DNA of 64,000 nt from an uncultured Nitrososphaeria archaeon (GTDB lineage Archaea; Thermoproteota; Nitrososphaeria; JACIWG01). Below the pieces are notes generated by a model. It did not search any database, was not told the DNA's origin, and was given only the letters and a program-made list of their open reading frames with translations. Location of the stretch: positions 23,297 through 87,296 of the forward strand of contig CAYUWR010000038.1 in the NCBI GenBank assembly GCA_964448685.1, written 5' to 3'. Made by a program: the position numbers and the translations under genes. This document shows, piece by piece, positions 9,718-18,944 of the stretch (its first letter is position 1; each line of letters starts with the position of its first letter).

Positions 9718-10218
9718 TCATCTTAGAAGCTGTTTTTCCATGACGTAGGCGTCTTCTCCATCATTATAGTATCCGCGAATGCGCTCTGCAATGGTATATC
9801 CGATCTTCTTGTACATTGCTATGGCCTGCTCGTTGGAAACTCTTACCTCGAGGAAGCTGACTGCACATCCACTCTTCAAGAATTCGTCTAGTGCCATCTG
9901 CATAAGGGCTGTGCCCAAGCCTTTTCCCCTATGCTCCCTCAAGACCGCAATGGATATGACATGCCCCTTTTTTATGAGCTGAGGCCGTCCTCTTATTGAA
10001 AACCCGTACTCTATCCTCCCCATATGATATCCTACAATCTTGCCGTCAAGGTCTACTACGAGAAAGGTGTCAGGGTTTGTTGTGAATATTGAACTGTAGA
10101 ATGACATCGTGTAGTGTTCTGGAAGTGACTCGCTGTTGACGTAGACGACTCCATCGATATCCTGTTCCCTCGCTTTCCTCAGAATGTAGCCTGAAGGTAT
10201 AGATATCTGCACAGACAA
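9718..10218 (-). CDS. rimI: RimI/Ard1-family N-terminal acetyltransferase
   Basis: LPEHY, GHVISIAVLREHRGKGLG, FLEVRVSN and YYNDGEDAYVM. TTG at 10218 chosen because the longer ORF overlaps the opposite gene. Confidence 0.9.
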   Translation of the reverse strand: MSVQISIPSGYILRKAREQDIDGVVYVNSESLPEHYTMSFYSSIFTTNPDTFLVVDLDGKIVGYHMGRIEYGFSIRGRPQLIKKGHVISIAVLREHRGKGLGTALMQMALDEFLKSGCAVSFLEVRVSNEQAIAMYKKIGYTIAERIRGYYNDGEDAYVMEKQLLR

Positions 10219-10261
10219 AGCATTGGCGATATCGTAGATAAGTTTTAAAGTTGGATGCCTT

Positions 10262-11374
10262 ATGCCTTTCCAGATGGAAGATTCCACCCAGCAGAATATC
10301 ACATACTTTGAGGACGTAACAGCCATCGTTAGAAGACACTTTAACGTTGTTGACTCATATATTCGCTCTGACGGCGCTATGGAGTATACGGTCTCCATGA
10401 CGGAGGACGCTAAAGAAAGGTTTCTAGAACTCTGGGAGGTACTTAAAGAGAGAAACTATGTTCCATTTCTCAAAGATGGAGCAGAACATTTCACCTTATA
10501 TGTAGCACCATATTCTAGACGGAAAAAATACAGCGTCAAGATCGCGTTAGCGATGCTGGTGGCCACTGTGTCAACGATCTTGATTGACGGCTGGTTGAGG
10601 AACTCTTCCGAGGTAAGCCAGAAGATCTTCCCTGACTGGAATCCGGCGTTCGCAACCGTCTTATATCTTATAGCCTTCATGGGGATTCTTGGCTTACACG
10701 AGATCGGGCACCTGGTTCTTTCCAGAAAACATAGAATGTCTTCCACAATGCCATACTTTATCCCAGGGATTCCTGGAACAGGCATTCCCTCCTTTGGAGC
10801 GGTAATCTTCGCCACAGAGCCTATGGCGAACCGTGATATGCAATTTGATGTAGGCTTGTCTGGTCCAGTCTTTGGCTTTATAGCAGCATTAGTGGTCGGC
10901 TTCTTTGGCGTCTTAACTTCTGTATCTTTTCCTTTGGAAGAATTCAACCGGATCTTTGGGCCTGGAGAGGCAGTCTTTGTTGATGTGCCTTTGATAATGA
11001 ACCTGATGATGTCCGCCTCAGGCAGGTTTGCGTCATCTGGGGAGACGGTTGTGGTCTTCTCTCCTCTTGCCCACGCGGCATGGTTCGGTTTTCTGGTCAC
11101 GTTCTTAAATACTCTGCCAGCCTGGCAACTTGATGGCGGCCACATGGCGAGAAGTGTACTGTCTCCGAGACAGCAAAAAATAGCTACGATTCTCTCGGCG
11201 TTGGTGATGGCGCTATTCGGTTTCTTCCTTATGGCTTTGCTCGTGCTATTCTTTTCTCAGAGCCAGATGGAGGTGAAGCCTCTTGACGGAGTGTCTCCAC
11301 TTTCAAGGTCACGTAAGGTGGTCTTTGTTTTGATGATCGTTGTCCTTGTCCTCTGCGCGCCTATATCGATCTAG
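10262..11374 (+). CDS. Site-2 protease (M50) intramembrane Zn metalloprotease
   Basis: HEIGH zinc motif, GLSGP and NTLPAWQLDGGH. Confidence 0.92.
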   Translation: MPFQMEDSTQQNITYFEDVTAIVRRHFNVVDSYIRSDGAMEYTVSMTEDAKERFLELWEVLKERNYVPFLKDGAEHFTLYVAPYSRRKKYSVKIALAMLVATVSTILIDGWLRNSSEVSQKIFPDWNPAFATVLYLIAFMGILGLHEIGHLVLSRKHRMSSTMPYFIPGIPGTGIPSFGAVIFATEPMANRDMQFDVGLSGPVFGFIAALVVGFFGVLTSVSFPLEEFNRIFGPGEAVFVDVPLIMNLMMSASGRFASSGETVVVFSPLAHAAWFGFLVTFLNTLPAWQLDGGHMARSVLSPRQQKIATILSALVMALFGFFLMALLVLFFSQSQMEVKPLDGVSPLSRSRKVVFVLMIVVLVLCAPISI

Positions 11375-12516
11375 TCCGCCAAAAGTAGGCTCTTGTCTCC
11401 TCTAGCCAAGACTGTGATCTTTTTCTTCTTATCTCCACTCTTCTCTACCAGATAGCTCACTGCAGAATTTCCGGTAAGGTAGCTCTTGAAGCCGAATCTC
11501 TTTTCAATGAACGACTTGGGCAAGGTTGTTAGAAATCCAAGATCATATCTTGACGCAACATCTAGCAGGTAATGTAGGTTCTCTAATCCCTCCACGTAGG
11601 TCCTTCTCTTGATTGCGTCCTTTATGTCAAGCCCGGTGTAAACATACTTTGAAAGCGCCTGAGACCCTAAGCCTTCTGCTGCTTCGGCCAACAGGATGGC
11701 TGAAGACCCCTCCTCCAAGGCTGAGAGAATATTCCAAAGGGCGTTGAGTGATTGATCCAGCGTGCGACATTTTTCTTCTTCGCCTGGTGTCACAATCGCC
11801 AGCGGGATCTTAGAATTTAGTTTCTTCAACGAATACTTCAAGAGCTCCTGACATGCCCTCTTGTGCACTTCAGCCAAATTTCCGATGAAGGCGTTGCTGA
11901 ATCCATCTCTGCCAGGCAACACTTCGATGCCCTTGAGCTCTTTGATTTCTTGGGCGACTCTGTCAGCGAACCAGCTTGCGGCTGTCTCCTTTCCAGGATT
12001 CGGCCTAAGGTCGCTTTCCCGCTTGATCGCTTCAAACTTGAGGTCTGCTCCTAAGAATTCTGTCAAGGCAGCCGAACCGCCTGAGAACCCAAATAGTGGG
12101 CTGAATCCGACGCTTGACACAAAATGTAGGTCTCTCTTTGTAAAGACAGTGGGCAGCTTAAGTGGCACACCGTCTACCACCGAAACGGGGACCACTTCCT
12201 CGTCTACCTTAAGAAGTGGGCAGGCGACATCCTTAAGTTCTCTTCTCAAGTGTTTGATCGCCTTCTCGTTAGAGTAGATGTTCGTCTTTGTCGGAGCTAA
12301 GTAGCCTATGAGATATTGAATAAATTTGACTGTGGATGCTTCGGTGTCGCCTACAAGTAGATTTACCTCATTCAACATCTTTAGCGGCTGAACTTCCTTT
12401 TCCAGCCGTTCCATCATCAATTCTGGCAGGGGATCTTCGATGACTTGGCCGAGTCTCTCACGTTGGATCTCTAACGCTACCTCAACCTTGCCATATCTTA
12501 ACCACACCTCTGGCAT
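11371..12516 (-). CDS. Lactate-racemase (LarA)-like domain protein, apparently degenerate
   Basis: MPEVWLRYG N-terminus, FSPLFGFSGG and AEAAEGLGS resemble the LarA/DUF2088 fold; typical catalytic motifs not recognised. Confidence 0.55.
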   Translation of the reverse strand: MPEVWLRYGKVEVALEIQRERLGQVIEDPLPELMMERLEKEVQPLKMLNEVNLLVGDTEASTVKFIQYLIGYLAPTKTNIYSNEKAIKHLRRELKDVACPLLKVDEEVVPVSVVDGVPLKLPTVFTKRDLHFVSSVGFSPLFGFSGGSAALTEFLGADLKFEAIKRESDLRPNPGKETAASWFADRVAQEIKELKGIEVLPGRDGFSNAFIGNLAEVHKRACQELLKYSLKKLNSKIPLAIVTPGEEEKCRTLDQSLNALWNILSALEEGSSAILLAEAAEGLGSQALSKYVYTGLDIKDAIKRRTYVEGLENLHYLLDVASRYDLGFLTTLPKSFIEKRFGFKSYLTGNSAVSYLVEKSGDKKKKITVLARGDKSLLLAD

Positions 12517-12618
12517 CTTCTCTGTCACCAACCATAAACAGGATATAGATAAATTCTTGCGTTCAGGGAGTATGTTCCAAAAAAGTCTTTATCTTGGAGG
12601 TAGCATATCTAGCGCCAT

Positions 12619-13269
12619 ATGGCCGGCAAAGCCTTCAAGGTTCTATGGTTTAACGAATACAGTGGAATAAGGATCACTTATAGAGACGTCAGTTTGGTAA
12701 CCGACCCCTGCGAAGTCCAGGCCTCCATCATAGGTCCTATAAACTATGTACTCATCTCACATGAGCATTCAGACCATCTGGATGTGAGGCTTGTCGGTGA
12801 GCTTTCAAAGTATTCGCCTCTCGTGTTGGCAGACACGGAATCGGGTGCAAGACTGAAGAAGTACATCCAAAGAGAGCGTCTAAGGGTGATGAAGCCCGGA
12901 GACTCCTACAGGGACTCGAAGGTTACCATATCGGCATACAAGAGCGTTCATCCAGCTGTTAGCCCCGTCACATACCTGATAGAGTACTCTGATGGCGCAA
13001 AGATCTTCTATGCAAGCGACTCCTTGGTATCAGGGGAGCATTCGCTCATAGGAAAAATGGACGTCGATTTGGCCTTCATACCGATTGGGATAGCCCCAGG
13101 TGCTTCACCCAAAAGCGGCAGCGAAATGGTTCACGTAATACAGCCGAAGGTGGCTGTGCCCATGCATGGGACGAGGTTCAATGATTTCAAGTCGTTGGTT
13201 GAATCCAGGGAACCGAGGACAAAGGTACAAATCTTACCCAGAGATATTGAGACTCAGGTGGAAGTATGA
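12619..13269 (+). CDS. MBL-fold metallo-hydrolase
   Basis: ISHEHSDHLD, YASDS and VAVPMH. Confidence 0.88.
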   Translation: MAGKAFKVLWFNEYSGIRITYRDVSLVTDPCEVQASIIGPINYVLISHEHSDHLDVRLVGELSKYSPLVLADTESGARLKKYIQRERLRVMKPGDSYRDSKVTISAYKSVHPAVSPVTYLIEYSDGAKIFYASDSLVSGEHSLIGKMDVDLAFIPIGIAPGASPKSGSEMVHVIQPKVAVPMHGTRFNDFKSLVESREPRTKVQILPRDIETQVEV

Positions 13270-13895
13270 GTTGGAATTCGCAGCGGCCTTCATATGTTAG
13301 AGAGCTTGCCAGATCACTTGTAAAGACTCAAGCGCTGAAATTCGGCGTCTTCACCTTGACAAGTGGAAAGATGAGCAGCTACTATATCGACCTCAGGCTT
13401 GTACCCAGTTATCCGACAATATTCAAGAAGATTGTCGGAATGTACAAAGATGTGATAATGAACCATGTAAAGTTGTCCAGTTTCGATGCGATCTGCGGCA
13501 TCCCAACTTCAGGCCTGGTCTTCGCTACCGCGATAGCCCTATCTCTAGGAAAGCCACTGATATATGTGCGAAAGGAGGCTAAACCACATGGGACGCAGAG
13601 GAACATAGAGGGTTTCGTTAAGCCCGGGGGTCGAGTCCTACTAGTGGACGACCTGATAACGACCGGCACCTCTTTGATTACATCAAGAGAGCTGATTGCG
13701 GCCGAAGGCTGCGAAACAACCGACGCAGTTGTCTTGGTTGACAGAGAAGAAGGTGGCGTCCAAAATCTCGAAAAGGTTGGAGTCAAGCTTCATTCTGTGG
13801 CTAAAGTCACGGAGCTGGCGAGAGAACTCTACGACAACAATATCATAAGTGAGGGAGAATACAAGGCTGTCTTGAAACAGATAGGAAAGACATAG
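13266..13895 (+). CDS. pyrE: Orotate phosphoribosyltransferase
   Basis: FTLTSGKMSSYYIDLR, YVRKEAKPHG and VDDLITTGTS PRPP-binding loop. Confidence 0.95.
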   Translation: MSWNSQRPSYVRELARSLVKTQALKFGVFTLTSGKMSSYYIDLRLVPSYPTIFKKIVGMYKDVIMNHVKLSSFDAICGIPTSGLVFATAIALSLGKPLIYVRKEAKPHGTQRNIEGFVKPGGRVLLVDDLITTGTSLITSRELIAAEGCETTDAVVLVDREEGGVQNLEKVGVKLHSVAKVTELARELYDNNIISEGEYKAVLKQIGKT

Positions 13896-13997
13896 ATGCA
13901 CCCATAGACTTACAGTCTTCACTTTATTGAAGGCCACACCTACCAATTTAGGAGAGGATGAAGTCGGTAACACAGGACCGGCTGGTACCTAATTATT

Positions 13998-14558
13998 TCA
14001 CTGGTAGACCATGAGCCCTAACTGTTCGAGCGTCTGATGCAGGTTAGAGACAGCCTCGTAGACTTCCCGTTCCTTCTTGGCACCAGTGCAGACCAGTTTG
14101 CCGCTGGCGAACAAAAGTATGACCGTCTTAGGCTGCAGCATCCTGTGAATGAGCCCAGGAAACTGTTCAGGCTCATACATAGACCTGGGCAGCTTCATGG
14201 CAGCCTCCTCCAGATCAACTCTTCCCCCTAGACTTGCTGATGCGACAATGTTCTGTATTTCTATGATCGGCTCATTCGCGATTTCTATTCCACCTTCCTT
14301 AAGCATCTTGACAACTGTGTGAACTGCCTTGAAGGCTTGCTCCTCAGATTTTCCGCCCGTGCACACCATCTTGCCGGAGCTAAAGATAAGCGTGGCTGTC
14401 TTGGGCGTCTTCAACCTGAACACCAGCCCAGGAAACTGGTCTGGCCTATATTCGACATTCGTGAACCTACGTGTTATTTCAATCAAACTTATGCTCTGGT
14501 TAACAGAAGCTGAAGCAACCACATTTTCTATGCTCACTATACGTTTTCCCTTTGACAT
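13998..14558 (-). CDS. tbp: TATA-box binding protein
   Basis: Two repeats: YRPDQFPGLVFR...IFSSGKMVCTG and YEPEQFPGLIHR...LFASGKLVCTG. Confidence 0.98.
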   Translation of the reverse strand: MSKGKRIVSIENVVASASVNQSISLIEITRRFTNVEYRPDQFPGLVFRLKTPKTATLIFSSGKMVCTGGKSEEQAFKAVHTVVKMLKEGGIEIANEPIIEIQNIVASASLGGRVDLEEAAMKLPRSMYEPEQFPGLIHRMLQPKTVILLFASGKLVCTGAKKEREVYEAVSNLHQTLEQLGLMVYQ

Positions 14559-14643
14559 TCTATCTCGTTGAACACTTATAAATGGGGTATATAAAAGAGT
14601 TTACACAGTAGGATGTCCAGAAAACCTAGAGCATGAAATGCAT

Positions 14644-14735
14644 GAGCCGTGAGCCCCTTTAACCAGCAGATGTGTCTGAAGGCGAAAAGCTTCAGGCGAA
14701 AGCTGGAAGTTCCCGACTTTCGCGGAGTAGGTCAC
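14644..14735 (+). mobile_element. Possible IS200/IS605-family (tnpB-type) right-end remnant
   Basis: Nested hairpin (ccagc/gctgg enclosing ctgaag/cttcag) followed by GAAGTTCCCGACTTTCGCGGAGTAGGTCAC, which resembles archaeal IS605-type right ends from memory. No transposase nearby. Confidence 0.35.
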
Positions 14736-14958
14736 CTCAAGAATTCTTCTGTCATGGCAGTCAGCTGGGTGGTCATATCTTAGTCGCTAGAGTTGAATGG
14801 GGGAAAAGGTTTCTTTCCTCTGGTGTTTGTGGCTGCAAAGATTACTGGGACAGGACGGTGTAGGCAAATTGACTCTCTTGAGATATCGGCATCTGGCACC
14901 TATGTTAGATAGCGTGTAGTATGTCTGTGTCTCAACCGACGAGGATGCTGAGAGGAGG

Positions 14959-15471
14959 TTAGCGTCTGCCTTTTCTAGGTATGTAGAAGTCGACATATAC
15001 CAGGTATATGATCAAGAGTGCTATGATCACATAGTTGACTGGTGGTGCGAGTGCTTTGCCTATGTAGCCTGCATATGGTACCCTGATGCCTACATATCTC
15101 CCCACATAATTTTCTCTTAGAACATAGGATGGGTCAGGGGCATGGTTGTTGTCCCCTTTTGTGATGAATGCTTTCTCGCCGTCGCTGATTTTGACATCCA
15201 CTATCCTATGGACTATCCTCGTGTGGTAGATGGAGCTGTTGAATATGATTATGTCTCCAACCTTCAAGTTGTCGTAGTTGGTCCTATCGATGATGATCAA
15301 GTCGCCATCCTCTAATGTTGGATGCATACTTATTCCTTCGACGTAGAAGAATGGAGATATTCCGAGGATGATGGTAGCGAGCAGAATGAGCAGAGAAGCA
15401 AACAGTAGGACGAGGATGATGTCTTCTGCGATCTCTTTTATCCTTTTGCGTCTTGCTAGAAGGTTATCCAT
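14959..15471 (-). CDS. Signal peptidase I (S26B, Sec11/SipW-type)
   Basis: VEGISMHPTL (catalytic Ser), IVHRI (His) and ITKGDNN; N- and C-terminal TM helices. Confidence 0.92.
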   Translation of the reverse strand: MDNLLARRKRIKEIAEDIILVLLFASLLILLATIILGISPFFYVEGISMHPTLEDGDLIIIDRTNYDNLKVGDIIIFNSSIYHTRIVHRIVDVKISDGEKAFITKGDNNHAPDPSYVLRENYVGRYVGIRVPYAGYIGKALAPPVNYVIIALLIIYLVYVDFYIPRKGRR

Positions 15472-16481
15472 ACCCTTTTTGTCTCCTCGATGAACTGGAA
15501 CTGGATCATCTGCCCAGTTGCAAACTTTATCGAGACGATGTTCTTTGAGCCGTCTGCTGGAATATAGGGGATAAACGTGTACAGTTCGAATGTTGTAAAA
15601 GGTGCGACAAGATCTGGTGTGGTATAGAACTTTGAGGGGCTGCTACCGTTTATCTTGACCTCCGATATGAAGGTGTTCATTGGGATGATGGAATTCGACC
15701 TGATAGTGATTATCAGCCACTTGGGCTCAACCAGATAAAGGGATACTTTGTCAACGTACGCCTCCAGGTTTTCACACCAGACTGTTAGGCCTGCAATTCT
15801 ATAGTCGTCGGTGGGTCGGGCGTCTACACCCTTCCATTTGCTCAAATACTCTGCGAATGCCCACGTTATCCTAGAAAGTTGGATACAGTACTCATTCCAT
15901 TCTTCGCCTTCTTCGAGGCTCTTGTACGCTATGACACCATAGTTGGTCGAAGACAAACCTTGAGTTACATTATTCATCTTCCTGAACAGGACAAGGTTGA
16001 AGAGGAAGGCGGTTGTGTTATATGCTCCAACGTGGAAGACCACCGTTCTCACAGCCAGATAGGATGAGTTCGCCCCGAAAAGCGGTTTGGATGCCTTCGC
16101 AGCCAAAGATATCACCATGTTTCCCCCCACAATGTAGCTGGTTGTAGCATTCTTTCCCGTGTACACGATCTGAGGGACCATAAGGGGGGTTGAGGGCGTC
16201 ATGTTGATTGCATTGTTACCCTCATAGCCTCCGATCCTACTGACCTTCGACCCATTACCGAGGCTCCAATCGTTGACCCTGTCGCCTTGAACGTCCTCGA
16301 ATCCGCTGTTTGCAAAGATTGGTATAAGCTGCTCCTTTATGGTCCTAGACGACACCTCCTCCACTGCCCATGGGAGAAAGGGCAACAACGTGCAAGCTAA
16401 TAGGACGACGCTAATTATCATTAGAACAATTAGCTTCTTTGTTCCCCATCTCCAGAAGCCTTTCACGTCCAAGGTTACCAT
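15456..16481 (-). CDS. Membrane-anchored extracellular beta-rich glycoprotein (hypothetical)
   Basis: N-terminal hydrophobic helix; NSGFE...W start typical of carbohydrate-binding-like folds; sequons NGS (x2), NMT, NAT, NSS, NTT, NVT. Confidence 0.7.
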   Translation of the reverse strand: MVTLDVKGFWRWGTKKLIVLMIISVVLLACTLLPFLPWAVEEVSSRTIKEQLIPIFANSGFEDVQGDRVNDWSLGNGSKVSRIGGYEGNNAINMTPSTPLMVPQIVYTGKNATTSYIVGGNMVISLAAKASKPLFGANSSYLAVRTVVFHVGAYNTTAFLFNLVLFRKMNNVTQGLSSTNYGVIAYKSLEEGEEWNEYCIQLSRITWAFAEYLSKWKGVDARPTDDYRIAGLTVWCENLEAYVDKVSLYLVEPKWLIITIRSNSIIPMNTFISEVKINGSSPSKFYTTPDLVAPFTTFELYTFIPYIPADGSKNIVSIKFATGQMIQFQFIEETKRVWITF

Positions 16482-16789
16482 CCCATTTTCAAAGCGCTTG
16501 AACTAAAATATTTTCTCCTTTCCGCGTTCACTGTCGAAAGGAATCCGCTGGCAGCTTTCTTCTCAAAGCGTCGAAGACTGCATGAAAGTTTTGCAGGAGA
16601 TGAGGGCATGCTTTGTTCCCCCATAATTCGATCTAATAAACGTTGTTTCAGATCAAGGTAGTTGGATTCTGTCTCTCCAGTCTGGTTTGGGCCGAAGTCT
16701 TTCAAGACTTCCGCGATATCGACATGAGAAATGGGTTTCTCTCGTATTTCTGATGTGTGTCCATCAGTATCTACTCCAGGTCTAGCCAC
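16475..16789 (-). CDS. Hypothetical protein (uncertain)
   Basis: 104-aa ORF whose stop overlaps the next start (atggtaa); no recognisable motif. Confidence 0.25.
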   Translation of the reverse strand: MARPGVDTDGHTSEIREKPISHVDIAEVLKDFGPNQTGETESNYLDLKQRLLDRIMGEQSMPSSPAKLSCSLRRFEKKAASGFLSTVNAERRKYFSSSALKMGW

Positions 16790-16980
16790 ATCTTATTTGA
16801 GAGAAGCTCCGACTTGCATCCACAATATGCAAAGGGAAGGCCATCGATTTTCTTTCAAAAAAATGCGGGACTGGTACGTATTGGGGCGTCCGATGCTCTG
16901 GCTAGGACGGAAATCTGCGGCTCTGCCAGAATGTTTATATACGGTGAGTCGTCGAATACCAAAGATAAGGAGTATAAAAC

Positions 16981-18909
16981 ATGAGAGGAATATCAAGAAC
17001 AATCACAGCAATAGCGATAGTCGTTCTCGTGGTTATAGTTGGGGCGGTGGCTGTACTGATGCAGCCGCCTGCTCCGACTGTGACTGTAACGACGACGACC
17101 GGTTCAACTACTACTGCAACGACTACTGCCACTACCACTGCTACGACAACTGCTACGACTACGACGTCGGCTACGACGACGATCATAACTACAACATCCG
17201 CCACTACTACTACGACCACGATTAAGCCTCAGAACCCGGACACATTTGTCGAAGAAACCATAGGCGAACCCGATTACCTCGACCCAGCGGTTGACTATGA
17301 GTCAGCTGGTGGAGAAGTGATACAGAACTGCTACGAAACCCTGATGTGGTATGAGGGAACAGACGCCTCGAAGGTGGTGCCTTGGCTTGCTGAAAGCTAT
17401 ACAATATCACCGGATGGCCTGAGCTACACCTTCAAACTTAGGACAGGAATAAAGTTCCATGATGGGACAGTCTTCAACGCAAAAGCCGTCAACTACTCCA
17501 TTGTGAGAGCGATACTGATAGCTGATCCAAATGGGCCTGCATGGATGCTGGGGCCATTGAGAGGCGCTGAAGAGCTGATGTACGCTATACAAGAGAACGC
17601 AACTCAGGCTGATGTCGCGGGATGGCTCAAGAGCAAGCCGATAGAAGTCCTCGACGACTACACGGTGAGGTTCAACCTAGACTACCCATACGCTCCCTGG
17701 CTTTCGGTCCTAGCATACTCTGTATCGTCGATAGTCTCTCCATCGTATGTTGAAGCACACGGCGGAATAAAGATAGGAGAACACAATGAATGGATGGATA
17801 GGCACGCGAACGCGGGCACAGGCCCCTACATGCTTCAGTCATGGGAGCCGAACGTGATAACGCTTGTCAGGAACGACAACTACTGGGGTGGGCCGAAGGG
17901 AGACCTTAAGCCGAAGCTTAAGACCATAATTATCAGAGGGGTAGCGGATGCGAACACGAGACTTCTCGACCTTCTGAAGGGAGATGCGGACGTAGCATAC
18001 ATACCGATTGTGATCAGAGACCAGGTCATGGACATGTCTGTATGGTTGAACGAAAGGAAGATAGTCGTGAAGCCTGAGCTTGCTGACAAGATAAAGATTC
18101 CAGGTCCATATCCAACCTTGACCATCGACGCCATAATGTTCAACCAGAAGATCAAAGATGAAATAACTAAACAGCCTGTTGCATTCCAGCCCTTTGCAGA
18201 TGTCAGGGTCAGGAGGGCATTTGCTTTGGCATTCGACACACAAACTTATCTGAGAGATGTCCTAAAGAACTTCGCAACCAAGCCTAATGGTCCAATTCCT
18301 GAGGGAATGTTCGGCTACAATCCAAATATACCTAGACAGGAATACAACTTGACGAAGGCGAAAGCCTTACTTCTGGAAGCGGGCAAAGACCTAGGCTTCA
18401 GCCCAGAAAACCCCAAGTCTCTTACCCTATACTATAACACAGGCAACCTCGCAAGAGAAAAGGCTTCGCTGCTTATTGCCAGTGCAATCAACGGACTTAA
18501 TGTAGGTCTGACGATACAGGTCGTGCCTCTTGACTGGCCAGCCTTCCTTGCAAAGCAGAGAGCTCGAGCGCTTCCATTCTTTGTTGTAGGTTGGGCGCCT
18601 GACTACGTGGACCCTGACGACTATATCATACCTTTCGGGCACTCAGAAAAGGGAACATTTCCTATAATCATGAGCTACAAGAACGCTGAAGTGGATGCAC
18701 TGATTGAGGCGCAGGCCAAAGAAGCTGACCCAGCCAAGAGACAGGTGATGTTGGACCAGATTGTCACAAAGATAAATGACGACTGTGCCTACGTCTGGCT
18801 TGACCAACCATTAGCCGCCCCTTGTATGAGAACCTGGGTGCAGGGCTGGTTCTATAATCCAGCATACAGCAGTACTACCTACCTCTTCGCCTACTTGTCT
18901 AAAGGGTGA
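16981..18909 (+). CDS. dppA: Peptide/nickel ABC transporter substrate-binding protein (family 5)
   Basis: DYLDPAVDY, YETL, PWLAESY...YTFKLR..IKFHDG and GTGPY; N-terminal anchor plus Thr-rich linker. Confidence 0.92.
   Translation: MRGISRTITAIAIVVLVVIVGAVAVLMQPPAPTVTVTTTTGSTTTATTTATTTATTTATTTTSATTTIITTTSATTTTTTIKPQNPDTFVEETIGEPDYLDPAVDYESAGGEVIQNCYETLMWYEGTDASKVVPWLAESYTISPDGLSYTFKLRTGIKFHDGTVFNAKAVNYSIVRAILIADPNGPAWMLGPLRGAEELMYAIQENATQADVAGWLKSKPIEVLDDYTVRFNLDYPYAPWLSVLAYSVSSIVSPSYVEAHGGIKIGEHNEWMDRHANAGTGPYMLQSWEPNVITLVRNDNYWGGPKGDLKPKLKTIIIRGVADANTRLLDLLKGDADVAYIPIVIRDQVMDMSVWLNERKIVVKPELADKIKIPGPYPTLTIDAIMFNQKIKDEITKQPVAFQPFADVRVRRAFALAFDTQTYLRDVLKNFATKPNGPIPEGMFGYNPNIPRQEYNLTKAKALLLEAGKDLGFSPENPKSLTLYYNTGNLAREKASLLIASAINGLNVGLTIQVVPLDWPAFLAKQRARALPFFVVGWAPDYVDPDDYIIPFGHSEKGTFPIIMSYKNAEVDALIEAQAKEADPAKRQVMLDQIVTKINDDCAYVWLDQPLAAPCMRTWVQGWFYNPAYSSTTYLFAYLSKG
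17077..17221 (+). repeat. Thr-rich low-complexity linker inside the binding protein
   Basis: Degenerate ACN-codon tandem repeats encoding TVTVTTTTGSTTTATTTATTTATTTATTTTSATTTIITTTSATTTTTT. Confidence 0.9.
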
Positions 18910-18932
18910 TACGCCCTCTCCTCTTCTTTTTT
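18910..18932 (+). terminator. Pyrimidine/T-rich tract, possible partial terminator after the binding-protein gene
   Basis: ccctctcctcttctttttt directly after the stop, followed by RBS aggtga for the next gene. Confidence 0.4.
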
Positions 18933-18944
18933 AGGTGAATCGTC

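Noticed and set aside
10219-10398. N-terminal extension of the RimI ORF in the track
   Set aside because: Overlaps the opposite-strand site-2 protease and lacks GNAT-like sequence; TTG at 10218 fits better.
13935-13960. AGGATGA box-C-like motif between pyrE and tbp
   Set aside because: No CTGA D'/D boxes at suitable spacing.
14672-14996. Short ORFs 14672-14863(+) and 14787-14996(-)
   Set aside because: No motifs, they overlap each other, and neither resembles TnpA or TnpB.
16731-17225. Asp/Tyr/Cys-rich (+) and Val-rich (-) ORFs
   Set aside because: Shadow frames of the Thr-rich linker in the binding-protein gene.
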